Source: Dipteris shenzhenensis (lineage: Eukaryota). From it: DNA of 64,000 nt. The notes below the pieces were generated by a model. That model ran no database searches. It worked only from the letters and a program-made list of their open reading frames with translations, and had not been told where the DNA came from. Numbering within the stretch: position 1 is the first letter of the stretch; each line of letters opens with the position of its first letter. Below, piece by piece: positions 12,701 to 25,399 of this stretch. The stretch lies in the NCBI GenBank assembly GCA_047967505.1, contig CM106538.1; one strand, 5' to 3'. A program made the position numbers and the translations under genes.

Positions 12701-13400
12701 TATTATGAAGAGCTAGTGAGTGGGACTTGGTGTAAGAGTATAGAAGCTAGGGAGCCATCTAGATGGGTAGATCTAGCAAGTGAAACGCATTCTCAAGGGG
12801 AGGCTAAAGAAGCCACTTGTGCCTTTTAAGCTGCATGGGAGTAGGAGGGACGAGCCAGTCCTCCTCCTCTACCTCCTTGACTACCAAAGAATGATTCTCC
12901 CTTATGCAATGAATGAAAGAAGCGAGCATCAGTAGCAATAGATAGGCTTTGCTCCTTGATGAGAGCAGAAAAAGCTTGTTCATTTGAGAACTCAAGCTCA
13001 TCAGAGAACGAAACAGGTAGCATATCTTTGGCTTGTCCCATCCATGCACTGACATGACCTTCTCTCTAAGCCTCGAGATCATCAACAGTACGTCACAAAC
13101 CAAAATGTGCATTGGAATCTAGCTAGGGGAAGGAAGGGTAGCGATGGTGACCAATTTGGCCATCACCATTAAAGCCACTACCATATCCATCTCCATCCTC
13201 CATCCTAGCCTCTCCTCATATCCCTCTTTCTTTGCACTTATATCTTGATGCCTAGTCCTAAGAATAAACCTAGACATATCCATCACCATCACCATCAAAG
13301 CCACTACCATATCCATCTCCATCCTCCATCCTAGCCTTTTGCACTTATGTCTTGATGCCTAGTCCTAAGAATAAACCTAGACACAAACCTTCGAAGCCCT
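9790..13400 (-). mobile_element. Degenerate L1-like LINE (ORF1, endonuclease, N-terminal half of RT); 3' end missing
   Basis: RT motifs IKLIPK..NWRPLTMLN and FLKIDFDKGY. Endonuclease motifs LTINVRGL, FVYAPN and ARLDKFY. ORF1 has a CFLC..H zinc knuckle (~11660-11700). Upper boundary approximate. Confidence 0.85.
13160..13383. repeat. Imperfect ~126-bp tandem duplication
   Basis: AAAGCCACTACCATATCCATCTCC and GCCTAGTCCTAAGAATAAACCTAGACA each occur twice. Confidence 0.8.
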
Positions 13401-15324
13401 ATTAAAATGCAACTGATATATGCAACTGATATTGAGTCCTTTGGCTTCCTACCTTCCCATAACCAAGCCATATCTTTTGTGATTATGGTTGACGTAATAG
13501 TTAACACCTGATGTTACCAACATCCCTTATACCAACATCATCCCTATTCTATCATCTTCTTCCTTCAAGGTGGTTGCATTGCATTGCTCAAATATTTTAA
13601 TGCCATGTGTTGCATTTAGGATTTGTGTTCAACAATGGTTAAAGGGAAGTATCAATCTCATGAGAGAAAGATTCTAATGAGGCTTTGATTGATTAAAGAA
13701 TTGAGGACAATATTGGTAGAAAATATTTTTGGTTGTGTCTTATTCATCTCAAACTATCTACATTTATTTCAATGCTTTTTTTTTCTAGGAGCTTTGCAAC
13801 ACAAATATCAATGGTAATATCGATGCTTCTAGAACAAACTATAATAATTTTGATGCTTTTATTAATGTAAATTTTGATGCATCAACATAACATCATTTTA
13901 GCACTAAACATCTGTCATTTTCATTAAAGAATTAAGTAATAAGCACTGATAAATAGCATCAAAACAGGGGCTAATGTAGTAGTGGTATAGGAACTAGTAC
14001 AGATGGTTAATAGGCAATTTCTTGTTTTTTTTTAATTGACAAGGTTTTGTCATCATTTTTGCATGATTTCATGAAAATGGTGTTCACAAACATAAATTAC
14101 TCAAGAAGTGCACATGATAATGTGGACATGTAATCGCTATCCTTCAATCATCCCTTGCTTGTGTGATTTCTCATCATCACAAGTACCACTTGTTGATGGA
14201 TGATGAGGGTTAGGGGATGCCTGATGAAGATTAGGGGATGGTGGAGAAGAATCATGGATTTACTGAGGGGAACTCTTCGGATCCCCCTGGATCACTAGAA
14301 GTGTGTTCAGAGGATGCCATGGAGTTGGGAAACAAGGCTAACCTGGAGTCCTAATACGACTTCTAGTGGGTCTGGTAGATTTTTCTCTTGCCATAACAAA
14401 TGTGAGTTTAGGATTCACAATTTCTAAAATTGCTTTATGCCCTATTTTAAAACTAGTGTGGGGCCTTGTGTGTCCTAAATGGATAGAAGCCCCCATTTAT
14501 TTACCAACATCCATTGTTTTATTTACCAACGTCCATTGTCCATGTGCATCGAGAATATGCTACATAATGGAGCTAACATCATTTTTAAAACCAAAATTTT
14601 AAATAAAGCAAGCACAAAATTTGTAATGGTGATACACATATTTTATTGTACCCCTTGATTTTTGCATGTCCTCCATACCCTAAAACCAAATCCTCATCAT
14701 ATGCAATGCAACTACAAATACTTCTTCTCGAATCAATTTGAAACATAAACAAGATGCTTTATAGACCAAGGTGCTAGTAAGTGGCACTACAGATTCCTTA
14801 TGCTTTCCCATCTAGCAAACTTGAAAATTTTCAAAAACAAATATGTAAGCTCATTGTGACAACTTACATCTGCAAATCACAGTTTAAAACATATGGACTT
14901 AGCATCCAAAATGCCCTTGGGCAACTTGCACATGCAAGAGTATGTGTTTTGGGTCCTTCAGCATTCCAATGACCACTTGGATTCAATTAACTTTTTATGA
15001 AGAGTCAATATAATCCATGTTCATTAGTCCCATCACATCCTCTACCATGGATGTTCTAGATAATAAATTTCATTGAAACATTAGACCTTGTAGCCTGGAT
15101 TGTCATCTTTTGAGGAACATCTATGAATGAAGATGCTTATTTCCTTGCATATGAGGACTATGAAGCATATATTCAGAAGTTTCCCTACATCCCAAACTAC
15201 ATATGCTTGCATATTGAGCCTCCAATTCCAAGCTCACATAGTACTTGTTGGAGATGTTCTCATATGGTGCCATCAATTGTAGTCATAGAGTGGAGAGAGA
15301 ACATGGAAGGCCCTCAAACAACAT

Positions 15325-15810
15325 GAATGAGGAGGGAGGAGAAGGAGTAGGAATGAGCAAGAGGGAAGAAGGAGGAGCAAGGGATAGTACGCATGAGCAA
15401 GAGAGAGGTGAAGTAGGCATGAGAAACTCGGAGGGAGGTGGAGAAGGCATAAGCATGAGGGAAAAGAAATATAGGTGATAGCCATAGTATGGAGGAGAAG
15501 CCAGCTTGGGAAAGAGGGAGGAAGACGAGCAGGTGATAGCTATAGTAGCAAGGAGGAGAAGAAAGCTTGGGAAAGAGGGAGAAGGAGTAGGTAGAGGAGG
15601 AGGAGGAGGTAGGGGAGCATGTAGGTGGAGGAAGAGGAGGAGGTGGTGGAGGAGGAGGAGGTGGTGGTGGTGGAGGAGGAGGAAAAGGAGCCATGTGGTA
15701 GGAGGGAGGAGGAGGAGGAAGCATGTAGCAAAGGTGGGAGGAGGCTGATTGGGAATAATAGAGGGAGGAGGAGGATGGTGGAAGGAGGGAGGAAGGAAAG
15801 ATGGGGATAG
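15325..15810. repeat. GGA/GGT-rich low-complexity tract
   Basis: Visible; yields the poly-Pro, poly-Glu and poly-Arg ORFs. Confidence 0.8.
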
Positions 15811-16020
15811 TGAAAGAGGTGGATGGTTGATGTGTAAAGGTGACTAGGCATAACCCACCTAATGTAGGGGGGAGCTTGCATTAGCCCATTACTCCTCCTT
15901 TATCCACAATTCTTTATGACACCCTTTTGAGACTCCCTTTCTCTCATAATGTCAAAAATTTTATATGGAATTGCCCAAGCATCTTGTGATTAGGTCCCCT
16001 ATCATAACTACTATGGGGAT

Positions 16021-19000
16021 TGTTGAGAGTTGTGGTGCCATGAGCACATGTAGAGCAAAGGTATCAGTAAAGGGCAAGTTGCCACATGGCATGGAGGAGA
16101 TATCCCACATGTGAGCATGCATATGGATTTAAGTACCCACTCTTATAAAAGGGGGGTTCATTTGAAGTAATATCAATCAAGCACTTTGAACTATCTCAAG
16201 ATTCTCTTTATGACTCCAAGCTAAACTATCTTGGAACCTAATTGACTTGAGTTATAGATCATGATCACTCTTAGGATTCATCCACCTTAGATTAGTGTTG
16301 TCACTAGAGTAGATTAGTGTCCATAGGAGAGCTCGGTCCATGCGCTTTAACATGCTATCAGAGCTCAGGTCCTAGCTCTCCTAGAGAAATTCCTGTCATG
16401 CATTAGAAATTTCTGTTCATATTACTTTGAGAGATTTTTGTCTACATCTAAGAGGCATCTCTTCCATTGAGAGATTGTGTGAAAGAAAGACCTATGTTCT
16501 TTTTTGATAATTTTTCGAGAGAGAGAGCTACTTTGAGTGATTATGGTTCTCTAAGAAGAGGGCTCCATAGATGACCTTGACGACCACAAAAACGCCTTCA
16601 TGCTTCCAACATCCAACTCGAAGCTCATGGGCAACCCATCTCTCCTCGGCAGCAACAGCTCTTCTCCAACCACACAAAAGATATCTACAATGCCTCTGGT
16701 GAGCACCTCGACTCCAACCAAATGGATTGGTGGCTGTCACCAACAGCTAGCTCAAGGCTCTGCATCAACCTCAAGCCGGACTTCCTCACATAAGCCCTCC
16801 TCCAGCAGCTGCCTCTACAGCTCCAAGTGAGAACCGGCTCCTTGAAGCAACACAACTCCCTCTCCTCAGGCTAGCCAACAGACTGCATCTTCACCATAGG
16901 TGAGAAAAATGCACAAGGCCCAATCCCATCTATGCATGGACTACATCGACTGGGAGATGCTCAACACAAGCGCCTTTTTCAAGCTTACGGGCAGCAGCAG
17001 CCACAGTAGCGGATGAGCCAGCGATAGCATTAACTTGCAAAACTTATTCGAGGAAGACAAAGCAGCTTCTTCACCCATAGCCACGGGCTACAATGGCCAA
17101 CTACAGATGACTCCAACGAACCATTAACCATCTACACTAGCCCTACTTTGTGGCTGCGCAACAAGAATTCTCGTAGCTCGCATCTTCAAAGCATCTCCTT
17201 GCACATGATCTCCACATCCACATCCACCACGTCCTTACAGTGTCGCCCGTAGTGTCCTCACTGCATCACTGTCTGCACATAAGCTTCAAAGCTTCCATTT
17301 CCTTCTTTTCTAAGGTGGTAACCTTAAGACACATGGCATCCAATGGTAAAGACACATGGCAGATAAGCCACTCACCTTGGGCTAGTCATATAGTTAGTTT
17401 TTGGCCAGTATCAGGTTTATAGTTTACTATGGTTCAGTTTTTATAGGTTTGGTTAAGTTCTGGTTGGGTCAAAAGATTGCCACATGGCATAGGACCACCT
17501 CAGCACAATAACCCCTTGCTAAGCACAATTTGTAAGCTGCATGTGAATAGCCTATGCCACATCATCAAAGACCACCTCTTCTTCAAAAAATTTCAACAAG
17601 CCATAACTCTAAATCCAGAAAGAATTTGCATGTGCTCCAAAAGGAAAAATAATTAGTTTTTTGAGCTCTACGCGCTTGCCAACTCAGATTTTCTATATGC
17701 AATTAGACACTACCAGATTTGAAAGTATCTTCAACTAGTAGGACCTTTGTAATGACAATTTGCACCCCAACTGTTAAGAAGTTCACCGGGGAAGGGTTTC
17801 ACACTTGGTCTACACAAATGAGGTATCTCTTGATGCATCAAAAGCTTTGGAAGACTGTAAAAGAAGACATACCCACTACACAAAATGATGCTCGAAAGGA
17901 AAAAGATGAAGCAGCACTATCACTCATTGGTTTGCACTTGGAACCAAACATAATTCATCATATAGACTCCAAGGATCATGCCAAGGATGCATGGGATGAG
18001 TTGAACATAGTGTTTGGTGCAAAAGCCAAAAACCAAGAAATCCATCTTAAGATTTAATTCTATGGTTTGCACATGGACTTCAATGAATCCATGGCACAAT
18101 TTGTCAACAAAATCAAAAGCATTATGACCCAACTAGAAGGCATAAATGCAAAAGTAGGGGAAAAAGATGCACTTGCAATTCTCCTTAAAAGCATGCCTGC
18201 AGAGTACAAAACTCAATAACAACCACTTTGAAGAAAATCCAAAGTTTGAAGAATGTGTATCCTCTCTTCTTGAAAAAGAAAGAGAGTTGAAGGCATCAAC
18301 ATCAACATCAACATGCGGCATCAACACGCAATAGCTATAATGAAGAACAAGCACTGTTCAGTAAAACATCAACGAAGTGCTACCATTGTGGAACGATGGG
18401 TCACTATCAAAGTGATTATAGACTGAAGAACAAACCAAAGTGTCACCATTGCAAGAAGCTGGGACACAAAGAAGAAGATTGCAAATTGAAGAACCAGCAG
18501 GTCAACTACGTAGAGTCATCATCAAGCCATGAGCAGAATAACAAGAACAACATGTACTGAGAAGCAAAAGCCTTTCCACCTTTAGCCTATATTCTTGTAA
18601 TCAAACCTGACAACCTGAGAGTAGCCATGTAAGCACCTAGGGGAGGATTTGATCTTGTAACTCACATTTGAACACCTTGCAGTAGCTAAAGGATCATGGC
18701 ACCAAGGGGAGGTGTTGAGAGTTGTGGTGCCATGAGCACATGTAGAGCAAAGGTATGAGTAAAGGGCAAGCTGCCACATGGCATGGAGGAGATATCCCAC
18801 ATGTGAGCATGCATATGGATGTAAGTACCCACTCCTATAAAAGGGGGGTACCGTTCCTTTGAAGTAATATCAATCAAGCACTTTGCACTATCTCAAGATT
18901 CTCTTTATGAGTCCAAGCTAATCTATCTTGGAACCTAATAGACTTGAGTTATAGATCATGATCACTCTTAGGATTCATCCATCTTAGATTAGTCTTGTCA

Positions 19001-19049
19001 TTAGAGTAGATTAGCATCCATAGGAGAGCTCGGTCCATGCTCTTTAACA
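16021..19049 (+). mobile_element. Gag-only (TR-GAG-like, Copia-type gag) LTR retrotransposon, older copy
   Basis: LTRs are 16021-16352 and 18713-19049 (TG...CA; about 15 substitutions plus a 5-bp indel by eye). TSD GGGAT at 16016-16020 and 19050-19054. PBS TGCTATCAGAGC at 16353; PPT AAGGGGAGG at 18704-18712. No pol. Confidence 0.93.
17752..18560 (+). pseudogene. gag: Disrupted Copia-type gag with two zinc knuckles
   Basis: KFTGEGFHTW..AWDEL..LLKSMP; in-frame TAA at 18055-18057 and later frameshifts; knuckles CYHCGTMGH and CHHCKKLGHKEEDC. Confidence 0.85.
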
Positions 19050-19877
19050 GGGATCAATGACAATAGTTTAGGCATGTACTTGCATGAGAAATTCATGACC
19101 CAATGCTTTGATAAATAAACCTATTTCATCAATAAGTGTGAATTGCATTAACTTTGATCTCATTAGATCTGTATCCTTTCTTTTGCGAACCATCAGAGTT
19201 CATGATGTTGCTTCCTTGGTAATGTGGGAAACCAACTTTTAAGTATTATGTCAAGTTTGCTAAACATGACTGTAGATTGACCAAATTTCTATCCAAGCAG
19301 TTGTACCACACTATGGTGCATTTGACATGGTTATCACATAATTGATAGTGAGCTACCCAAACTTCTATACCTCAATATTCTCAATGGCTTAACGATTAAG
19401 ATACAAAGGATCGTGTACATAGCATACAATAGGCTTGCATGTGGAAGGCATCATTAATAAATAACATGAAAGAAACGAACATGTGAGCATATGAGCAACC
19501 CACATGCCTTATTTCATTGAACTCAAGCCATAGAGGGTAGGCATTATATGGGGCAGTGTGACACACTACCTCGTTGTGGGGAGATCTATTCATGAATTGG
19601 GGAAACGAGCTCCACATCCATAGTGTGGATTGACGAATGCCATGGTTCTGTCTTTTCTTTGTTTTTGTGTGGGAAATTTTGTGTTTGTCAACAGGTGGGC
19701 CAATGTAGTGGGTACATAATGGATTCTTTAAAACCAAAGAGTGAATAGCTACACAGTCAAAGAGTGTGTGCAATGAACAACCAATTTTGCTTTAATAATC
19801 CCCAAAAAAAAAAATCACCTCAAGATACTTAATATACATGAAGTAGGAGAACATATTTTGGATTACTATAAATAAGT

Positions 19878-19882
<5 letters not shown>

Positions 19883-19938
<56 letters not shown>

Positions 19939-20006
19939 TGTGCATGCATGCACATGCACGTGTACAAAGGATGACATACTTTGACTCTGTGTGTGTGTGT
20001 GTGTGC

Positions 20007-20081
<75 letters not shown>

Positions 20082-20125
20082 GCGTGTGCACATGCATGTG
20101 CTCATTTACATTAGGAGAACATATT

Positions 20126-20165
<40 letters not shown>

Positions 20166-20212
20166 GCGTGCACACATGCATGTGCTCATGTTCACTAGGA
20201 GAACATATTTTG

Positions 20213-20243
<31 letters not shown>

Positions 20244-20305
20244 ATGCGTGCGCACATGCACGCGCTCATGTTCACTAGGAGAACATATTTTGATGTCTCT
20301 CTGTC

Positions 20306-20341
<36 letters not shown>

Positions 20342-20391
20342 CATGCATGCGCACATGCACGCGCTCATGTTCACTAGGAGAACATATTTTG

Positions 20392-20438
<47 letters not shown>
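19883..20438. repeat. Compound minisatellite: ~50-bp unit (CATGC..CACATGCA..CTCATGTTCACTAGGAGAACATATTTTGAT) alternating with variable (CT)n
   Basis: Units at about 20079, 20163, 20243 and 20342, each followed by a (CT)n run. Confidence 0.9.
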
Positions 20439-20440
<2 letters not shown>

Positions 20441-21805
20441 ATGCCAAATCAAGGATTTCTTCTTACTCTCTAACGACCTATTTCCACACAGGGGTGAATG
20501 CGACACCTGTGCTCTTCCTCAGCACCACCGGTGGCGATGGGTTGCGCTATTGCCACCTGCCCTCGTGGTTCCCGCATGCAGAATGGAGGTAGAGGCGTCA
20601 ATGCACTGTTATGCACAGGCAGAGACTGAGAATACGCAGAGGCAGAGAGAAGATGTTTGCATGGGGTAAGGGTTAGAGTTGATTGGTGGATGCCCTACCC
20701 GAGACTGCAGGTTCACCTCTCGAGGCTCCAAGTTCACTTCTCGATGCAACTCGCACCCAAGAGGCCCTTTGGATCCAAGGAAATTTGGTGGATTCATTCT
20801 GCCACCGTTGGCTCTGAGTGCCATTTGAGGTTCTGGCATGGGAACCGAACACAGGTGGCTATGGTGCAGGAAAATGGCCCATTTATAGCTGCGTGGAAAT
20901 AGGTAGGAAGTAATCTAAAGGTCATATCTCTTTTGGTCCCAATGAAATCGGTGGCTTTAAAGCCAAAAGCTTGCAACCTGACTTGGCATTTCGAGATGCA
21001 ATAAGAGTGCACAAAAGAGAGTATGATTAACGGCCACTCCCAGCATCATTTGGTTTCAAGATGAAGGTATTCATATTTCAATTCTAAAGTTTTGAGTGGC
21101 TCCTCTCATGAGCAACAGCTTGAACCTTGGGGTGCAACACAAGCTCTTTTTGTTTCAAGATTTACCTGCCAGACTCGAGTGAACCGAGATGATCTTCATC
21201 TGTCCACAGAGAATGAAGAAGTGATTTCGTCGAATGAACAGTCAAAATGTGGTTAATAGATGGTGCGAAAACTTGCATCACAAACTTCTGGGGTGGCCAA
21301 CTGCTGCCAATATCTAGCGATCTCCTCAGTCCCAAACTGTGTTGGCTCTACGAAAAAGCATTTGGAATTTGGTACGAATATTTAGCTCGTACATCTATCC
21401 TGCGGCATGGCTTCTGAGTTTGTGGGTGTTTTCCCGCCGTTGCGGCTAGAGTTTGTGGGTGTTTTCCCGGTGGGGTGTTTTCCCGGTGCGGCTTCAACTC
21501 ATGCAGCTCTGCGCTCAACCGCTGTCTTCCACTCGCTTTCCCACAATCGTAGATTCGCAATCGCACACTCTTTGAGGCTTCTCCTGGGGGCGCTCATGCT
21601 GCGCTTTCGTTAATTAAATGCACCCCCCTGCCCTGCTCAATGCCGAGTCGCTAGCGCATTCTAACTGGCAACATTGTTGTCACCTGATCTCCCTACGAAA
21701 GAAATTTCAAGAACGACAAGTGTGACTGAAATCTTGCTTCTGGATTGAGCTACTTTCCCTTCGAACCAGGCACTGCTTTCTCTGCAAGGAACGAGTACCT
21801 CTAAG

Positions 21806-22573
21806 ATGACATTCCTCGTTGAGCTTGCGAAGGGAAGAGGCAGTGCGACAGTGAAAGTTCTCCTTTTGGGCTTGTTGATGTTACTTCCGTTTTGCCTCGC
21901 AAGGGATCACATTGTGGGAAAAGACCACGGATGGCAAGTTCCTGCAGATGCTGGGCCGAGCGTCAACCTGAACTACAGCACCTGGGCTGCATCCCAAACC
22001 TTTGTGTTGGGTGATACAGTCAGTAAGTTCTCTTTTTTCTGAAAATGCTCGTGCACTCTAAGCGTGGCTAGGGATCTAGCGTTTTCGATCATCATTTCGC
22101 TTCTTGACATGGTGTCTGATATCGAAACTCCACGTTGTGTCTCTTGCGATTAAAGCTCAACTTAATGGTCGATGCACCTCCCTGCAGCTTTTAGGTGGCA
22201 AAGAGGCCAACACACCGTCTATCAAGTCAACTACTCAACCTATGTGAACTGCAGTTTCAGTATGTACTACGGGCACGATTGGATTTACAACTGGACTGAT
22301 AGAATCGCCAGGGTTATCATTCCGCTGAACGAAACGAAGACTTACTATTTCGCATGTGGTGTGGGTGACCACTGCTCGCAAGGCATGAAGGTTGCTATCC
22401 CTGTGAGACAAAATGCGACTGTCGCTGCTACTACCACCTCCAATGCTACTAGCCCCTCCGGAGGCTCTGGTACAAAGGCGTCCTCTGGTGTCTCTTTGAA
22501 GTGTGCACGCTTAGCGTTGCCACTGGTTGAGGCTTTTCTGTTCATTGGCATTTTTTTCATTTTGTATCAGTAG
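21806..22573 (+). CDS. Phytocyanin (uclacyanin-like blue copper protein), 2 exons: 21806-22022 and 22188-22573, 200 aa
   Basis: Signal peptide, then DHIVG..GW and YSTWAASQTFVLGDTV. The GT-AG intron joins in frame (GDTVTFRW). Copper ligands H/C/H/M in GQHTV and FACGVGDHCSQGMK. Ser/Thr-rich stalk and hydrophobic C-terminus (GPI signal-like). Confidence 0.93.
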
Positions 22574-22949
22574 ATATCGAGAATTGCTTGTTCCTCAAAT
22601 ATAACTGTCACTTGCTGTTTGAGGTTTAATTCTACCTGCATCATCTGATTTTTTTTCCCCGCATATAACCTTGCACTATAGTGTTCTATGCTCATTTAGT
22701 TGGCTTATTGTCTTTACGCAAATAAGCGATCGAATGCACGTTCACATTGCGTTATTTCGTATTAAATCTGTTCGAGTTGAAGAACTTTTGTGAGACTACC
22801 TTGGATTGCTATGTGTTCGAAAATTATTAATGTTTTTACTATCTTCCCCTAGTGCCATGTTTTTGAATTGTTGCCTTCTGTCAAACAAGTGACAAGGCTG
22901 TTTGGTTTTTCAACTTTAAAAGAAAATTTAGTCCGCCTATAGAATAAGC

Positions 22950-23430
22950 AGATGAGAGGGAGGGCAATCGGGGAGGGGGGGGTGTAATTGGGAGAGGGAA
23001 CTTTGGGAGAGGGGAATGTGCAAGTAAAAGTCCAAGAAAGGACAAAAAGTGTGAGATGGAAAGGGAAAAGGAAAGGTAGAAGTGGGAAATGAGAGGGAGA
23101 GGGAGAGGAAGATGTTGAAAGCATGATGGAAATGAACAAGGGTAGAGGTGGGAAATTAGAGGAAGACGGGGAAAAGATGATGGAAATGATGAGGGGGAGG
23201 GGGAAAGGAAAAGGGAAGAATGGTGGAAATGAGAGTAGGGAGAGAGGAGGGTGGGGAGGAGAGGGAGCGATGGGGAGAGAGAGGGAAAGTGGAACTTTGA
23301 AAAGCACACCTTGTCCTTGCTAGTCTTGGTGTGGTAGCCTCGGACCTTCTCTTTAAGCTTGTGAGCATTTGAAGGTATGTGGGAGGGAAAAGCAAGCAAT
23401 GGGAGAAGGTTTGGAAGAGTGAGTGGAAAC
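22950..23430. repeat. Purine-rich (GA) low-complexity tract
   Basis: Visible; the overlapping Pro/Ser/Phe ORFs are compositional. Confidence 0.7.
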
Positions 23431-24431
23431 AACCCTAAGGCTCATAAGAGTCCTAGCATGAAGAGAGCAAAAAACAAACACTAAAAGATTGTGAGGGACA
23501 ATCTTGTTAACTCTTGAAACTATCAAACTAAGAGTTATAAAGAGGTTATAGGCACCAAAGTTTTGAATTAATGCTTCTTATTTTAAGCCGTCGCTTATTT
23601 AATTTCTATTCAGAATTAGTGGAGTACACTTCAAATTTAAGGTGTAAATAGATTCCAAAGCTCTAATGGCCTTGCCACAACAAACAAACCATTGAAGTCC
23701 ATATCTTTATGCACTTAATGTCAGAAAGATTGAATTCATCCAACTTGTCTAACCAATCTAATGGAAATCTACTCTAAAGCAAATGAGAATGGTAAAAGAA
23801 GATGGCATTGTGTTATACATATAAATCAAGCTCTAAAAGATTGGGAAAGTGACATGAAAAAGGCCATCTATGATTGATGTAAAGGGGCAAATGGAAGTAG
23901 TGTTGCCATAAGCTCACGACTTTCAAATGCAAGGGGCTTGTGCACTTGTTGGTTGAGTCTAGCATATTTATGCCCAAACAAGTGAAAAGTGGTTCCAAAT
24001 GCCAAGAAAGTGTGAAAAAAGAGGAAAATGGACTCTAGTCTTAAATAGTCATGCCACAATCTCATAAAATTCTAGTATGGGGGTCTTGCACATTTTGTTT
24101 GACTCATGGCCTTTTGCCCATTTTGTATGCTCAATTCAATGAAAATGTCTCCAAAGGCAACTAAGAAATTGTGGAAAAAGGCTACATATTATCCTGACTT
24201 GGAGTGGAAAAAGGATTCCAATTCTTGAACAATCTTGACACATGATTAAATTGACACATGATTAAATGTTTTAAGCATGAATGATCTTTCAACTTTGATA
24301 GAGAGTATCAATATAAGTTTCAAGTTAGAACAATGTAGGGTTGTGACTTATAAGGCTCAATCAAACCATCTAGAACTTAATTAGATCAATTATTGGCAAC
24401 ATACAAATGCAAAATATTAAATGCATAGCAT

Positions 24432-24743
24432 TGTGAGAACCACCCCAGACACCAAGCCCACTAATTGTCCCATACCTCCTCTAATCTCGTCTCAACCCAT
24501 GCACTCATTCGCTCCTTCTCCACTTGAGACTTAAACTTCACTTGTGGCTTATTATTATTATTATTATTAATTATCTAAGAATCCATATGGTTGTCTATAT
24601 GCCTAGGTAAAGTGATAACAAGACAGGGAAAACATGCATTACTTGTCTACCCAAACATAACTATGATGTTCTAACACCTAGTTTATTTGGATGGTGGCAA
24701 GTAAGTGGACCTCGACCTTGGAACTTGGACTGCTTGAGAATAT
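24432..24743 (+). repeat. ~300-bp repeat; inverted copy at 41212-41522
   Basis: AACCACCCCA..CCATGCACTCATTCGCTCCTTCTCCACTTGAGACTTAAACTTCACTTGTGGCTT is the reverse complement of the 41400-41515 region. Confidence 0.85.
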
Positions 24744-25399
24744 GAGCCTGCAAGAAAGGATTTATGGGAAAATGGCACCAAGCATAAGACAGTGTGCCGT
24801 CTCTAGTTTGAGTCTATTAAGCTAAATATAGAGAAGTTGGCTGTTGGGATGTTTATCTTTTTTTCCCTGGATAGGTGCCAAACTTGGGAGAGTTGTAAGT
24901 GCTTCTAGCTTATGAATGTGAGATTTAAGCTGACGGGTGCATAGCAAAGTTTATGGGGAAAGGTTTCTTTCTATTGCATTTTGTTTTGGAGGCTATTAGG
25001 AATGTGCTTGGTTGTTCTTACATGTTTTCAGGAGTTGCTATCTTGGTAATACCATGGATACCTCATTTAGCATTGACAAATTTATGTTTATGGAATGTCT
25101 AGTCTGGGTGGATTTTTCGAGGATGCATGTATGGACTACATGCGGTGTCTACCATATGCAAGAAAAGAGTTCAGCCCAAAACATGTGTGGATTCTTTAAG
25201 ACTGGGACAAGACACTCAAGATTTTGTTGATGTTCAATTATTTGATGAATCGACGGTCACAGAGAAGGTTGTTTTTTATCCTTCGTCCATGTTCTTGCTA
25301 CTTGTGCAACAAAACGAGGCATTGTGCATATTGTTGTCCTACTTGAGAAGAGAATACGAAGCTAACAAGGGGAGAAGATGAATTATGACTCTAAGATGT

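Noticed and set aside
13400-15300. Possible upstream part of the Mutator-like element
   Set aside because: Only vague motif hints; no consistent reading frame could be rebuilt.
15314-15881. Extensin/formin-like proline-rich ORFs
   Set aside because: By-products of a GGA/GGT low-complexity tract; no signal peptide or domain.
20079-20438. CRISPR-like array
   Set aside because: The spacers are (CT)n microsatellites rather than unique sequence, there are no cas genes, and the context is eukaryotic.
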